Below, one piece after another: positions 62,428 through 64,000 of a stretch of DNA of 64,000 nt. Source of the DNA: Sphaerodactylus townsendi (taxonomy: Eukaryota). Under the pieces are notes generated by a model. That model ran no database searches, was not told the origin of the DNA, and was given only the letters and a program-made list of their open reading frames with translations. Position 1 is the first letter of the stretch; each line of letters opens with the position of its first letter. The position numbers and the translations under genes are program-made. Location: contig NC_059434.1 of NCBI RefSeq assembly GCF_021028975.2, forward strand, positions 88,722,001 to 88,786,000, written 5' to 3'.

Positions 62428-62529
62428 GGATATGCGTCCTCCCTGGCGTCCTGGAAAGGACCCATGGGGCTGCATTTTGGACCAGCTGGAGTTTCCCAGT
62501 CAGTCTCAAAGGCAGCCCTGTGTAGGATG

Positions 62530-64000
62530 AGTCCCAGTGGGATTAATGCAGCTTTGGTTATCTTCATACACTGGTATAGGAAGTGGTCACCAACTCTTCT
62601 TGGTCACCAGTGAGTGACACGTTCTGACGCTTAAGAATCTTCTCTTGCTCCTTCACGGCTGTGTTTGCCAGTCTCAATCTCTCGCTTGCAGAAGTTTTCT
62701 TCTGAAATTCTCTCATGTGCTCCAGGAATCAACATCAGTTTGCAACATGACTTCTAGTACCGCTTCCTTTTCTGGATCCAGTTTGACCATTTCCTAACTT
62801 AAAAGCCTTCCCATATAGTCCATAATGCCCTGACCTGGGTCACCTGCTGATCATGTCAGCAACAACCTCCAGGATTCCAAGTAAAGGGCAAAGAAAATTA
62901 TGTCTGCTGACTTCAACGTTCTCTTTATGGTTTGAAACAAGCTGCGAGATCTTGGAATACAAAATTGAACCAAATGCTACTTGAAGCAAACTTTCAACCA
63001 AGTCAGGCTGACCCATGCCTTTATGTCAAGAACAAAAATGGACAATGGACTTATATCTCAGCATATGTAAGTGATTTACTTTGATCTACTTCAGAACACA
63101 GAAGACTACAAAGAACCTGATACATCGTCTGAGTAAGCAAGTTCAAATAAAGCAACGCCGGGATGTTGCATACTACTTAGGATTTCAAATAGAGAGAGTA
63201 GGAAGATGGGAGTTTCCTTTTGAATCAACAACAGAAGATTACAGGACAGTAACTAACATAGCAGGCTCCTACACAGCCATGTCGCACTCCGGCCCCATTC
63301 CTATGTGCAAATTTAATTATATCAAGCAGATGATCCTGTGACTGGAATTACTCTCTGATAATACCAAACACAGAGAGGCTTTAGGCAAGCTCCTATACAT
63401 AAGTACATTAACTAGACCAGACATCGCTACAGCAGTTGGCTTACTGTGCAGAAAGACTGTTTCCACCAACAGTCAAGGACTGCAATGCCTCCCCTGAAGA
63501 CGCTTTCCATAGATATTTGAAAAGGAACTGCAGATCTCAAAGTTCAAAGCTACCAGCTACCAAAGATGCTACACTAATGGCTTATGTTGAGTGCAGACTG
63601 GGCTGGAGACCTAACTGAGAGTAGAAATCCAATGAAGTGGTCAGGATAATTTTCTTTGGAAAATTCCTATTAGTTGGTCAAGTACCAATCAAGAAATAAC
63701 AGCATCTACCACAGAAGCCAGGAGAATATGTTTCCAGCTGCCCATGTTTGTTGGAAAGAATTACAGTGCGGCTATGCCAGCTCCTACAAAAGATTTAGGC
63801 ATGGCACACACCCACTTCCTATACCAGTGTATGAAGATAACCAAAGCTGCATTAAACTATCATGCAACAGAAGATGTGAAGCCAGTCCATCTAAGCACGC
63901 TAGATGTGAAGTTCCACATAGTGAGGAAATCCTGCAAAAAGGGATGGTATCGCTCAACTGATCTGGTTGGTCACACCCACTGAGGATGCCTTGGGTAGAA
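62530..64000 (+). mobile_element. Second, rearranged copia copy (inverted pieces 62530-62820; RT-RNase H from ~62850 to window end)
   Basis: YGLKQAARSWN, SQADPCLY, PIPVYEDNQSCIKL; parallels 60750-61780. Confidence 0.85.

Overview
GC-rich vertebrate genomic DNA. The repeat content (CR1, L2, Rex1, Penelope with hammerhead motifs, Sauria/Squam-type SINEs, hAT MITEs) points to a squamate reptile, probably a gecko. The window is syntenic with human 2p13.1. Gene order: RTKN (-, partial), WBP1 (+), MOGS (-, with a young CR1 LINE in intron 2), a PDCD4 paralog (-), CCDC142 (-) and TTC31 (+, TPR plus RRM). These are followed by a repeat-dense tail with a 5'-inverted Penelope element and a TSD-flanked full-length Ty1/copia LTR retrotransposon. 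Most notable: (1) an intact PDCD4 paralog at the position where human has MRPL53, lacking both the beta-TrCP degron and a miR-21 site; (2) RTKN apparently missing its HR1 and anillin-homology exons, with decayed coding-like exons upstream; (3) INO80B and MRPL53 not found; (4) TTC31 with an RRM and an in-frame 90-nt internal duplication; (5) three GC-AG introns. Exon boundaries were derived by hand from splice signals and reading frame. Homology calls rest on recalled protein sequences, not on database searches. Indel-rich repeats suggest some long-read assembly error.
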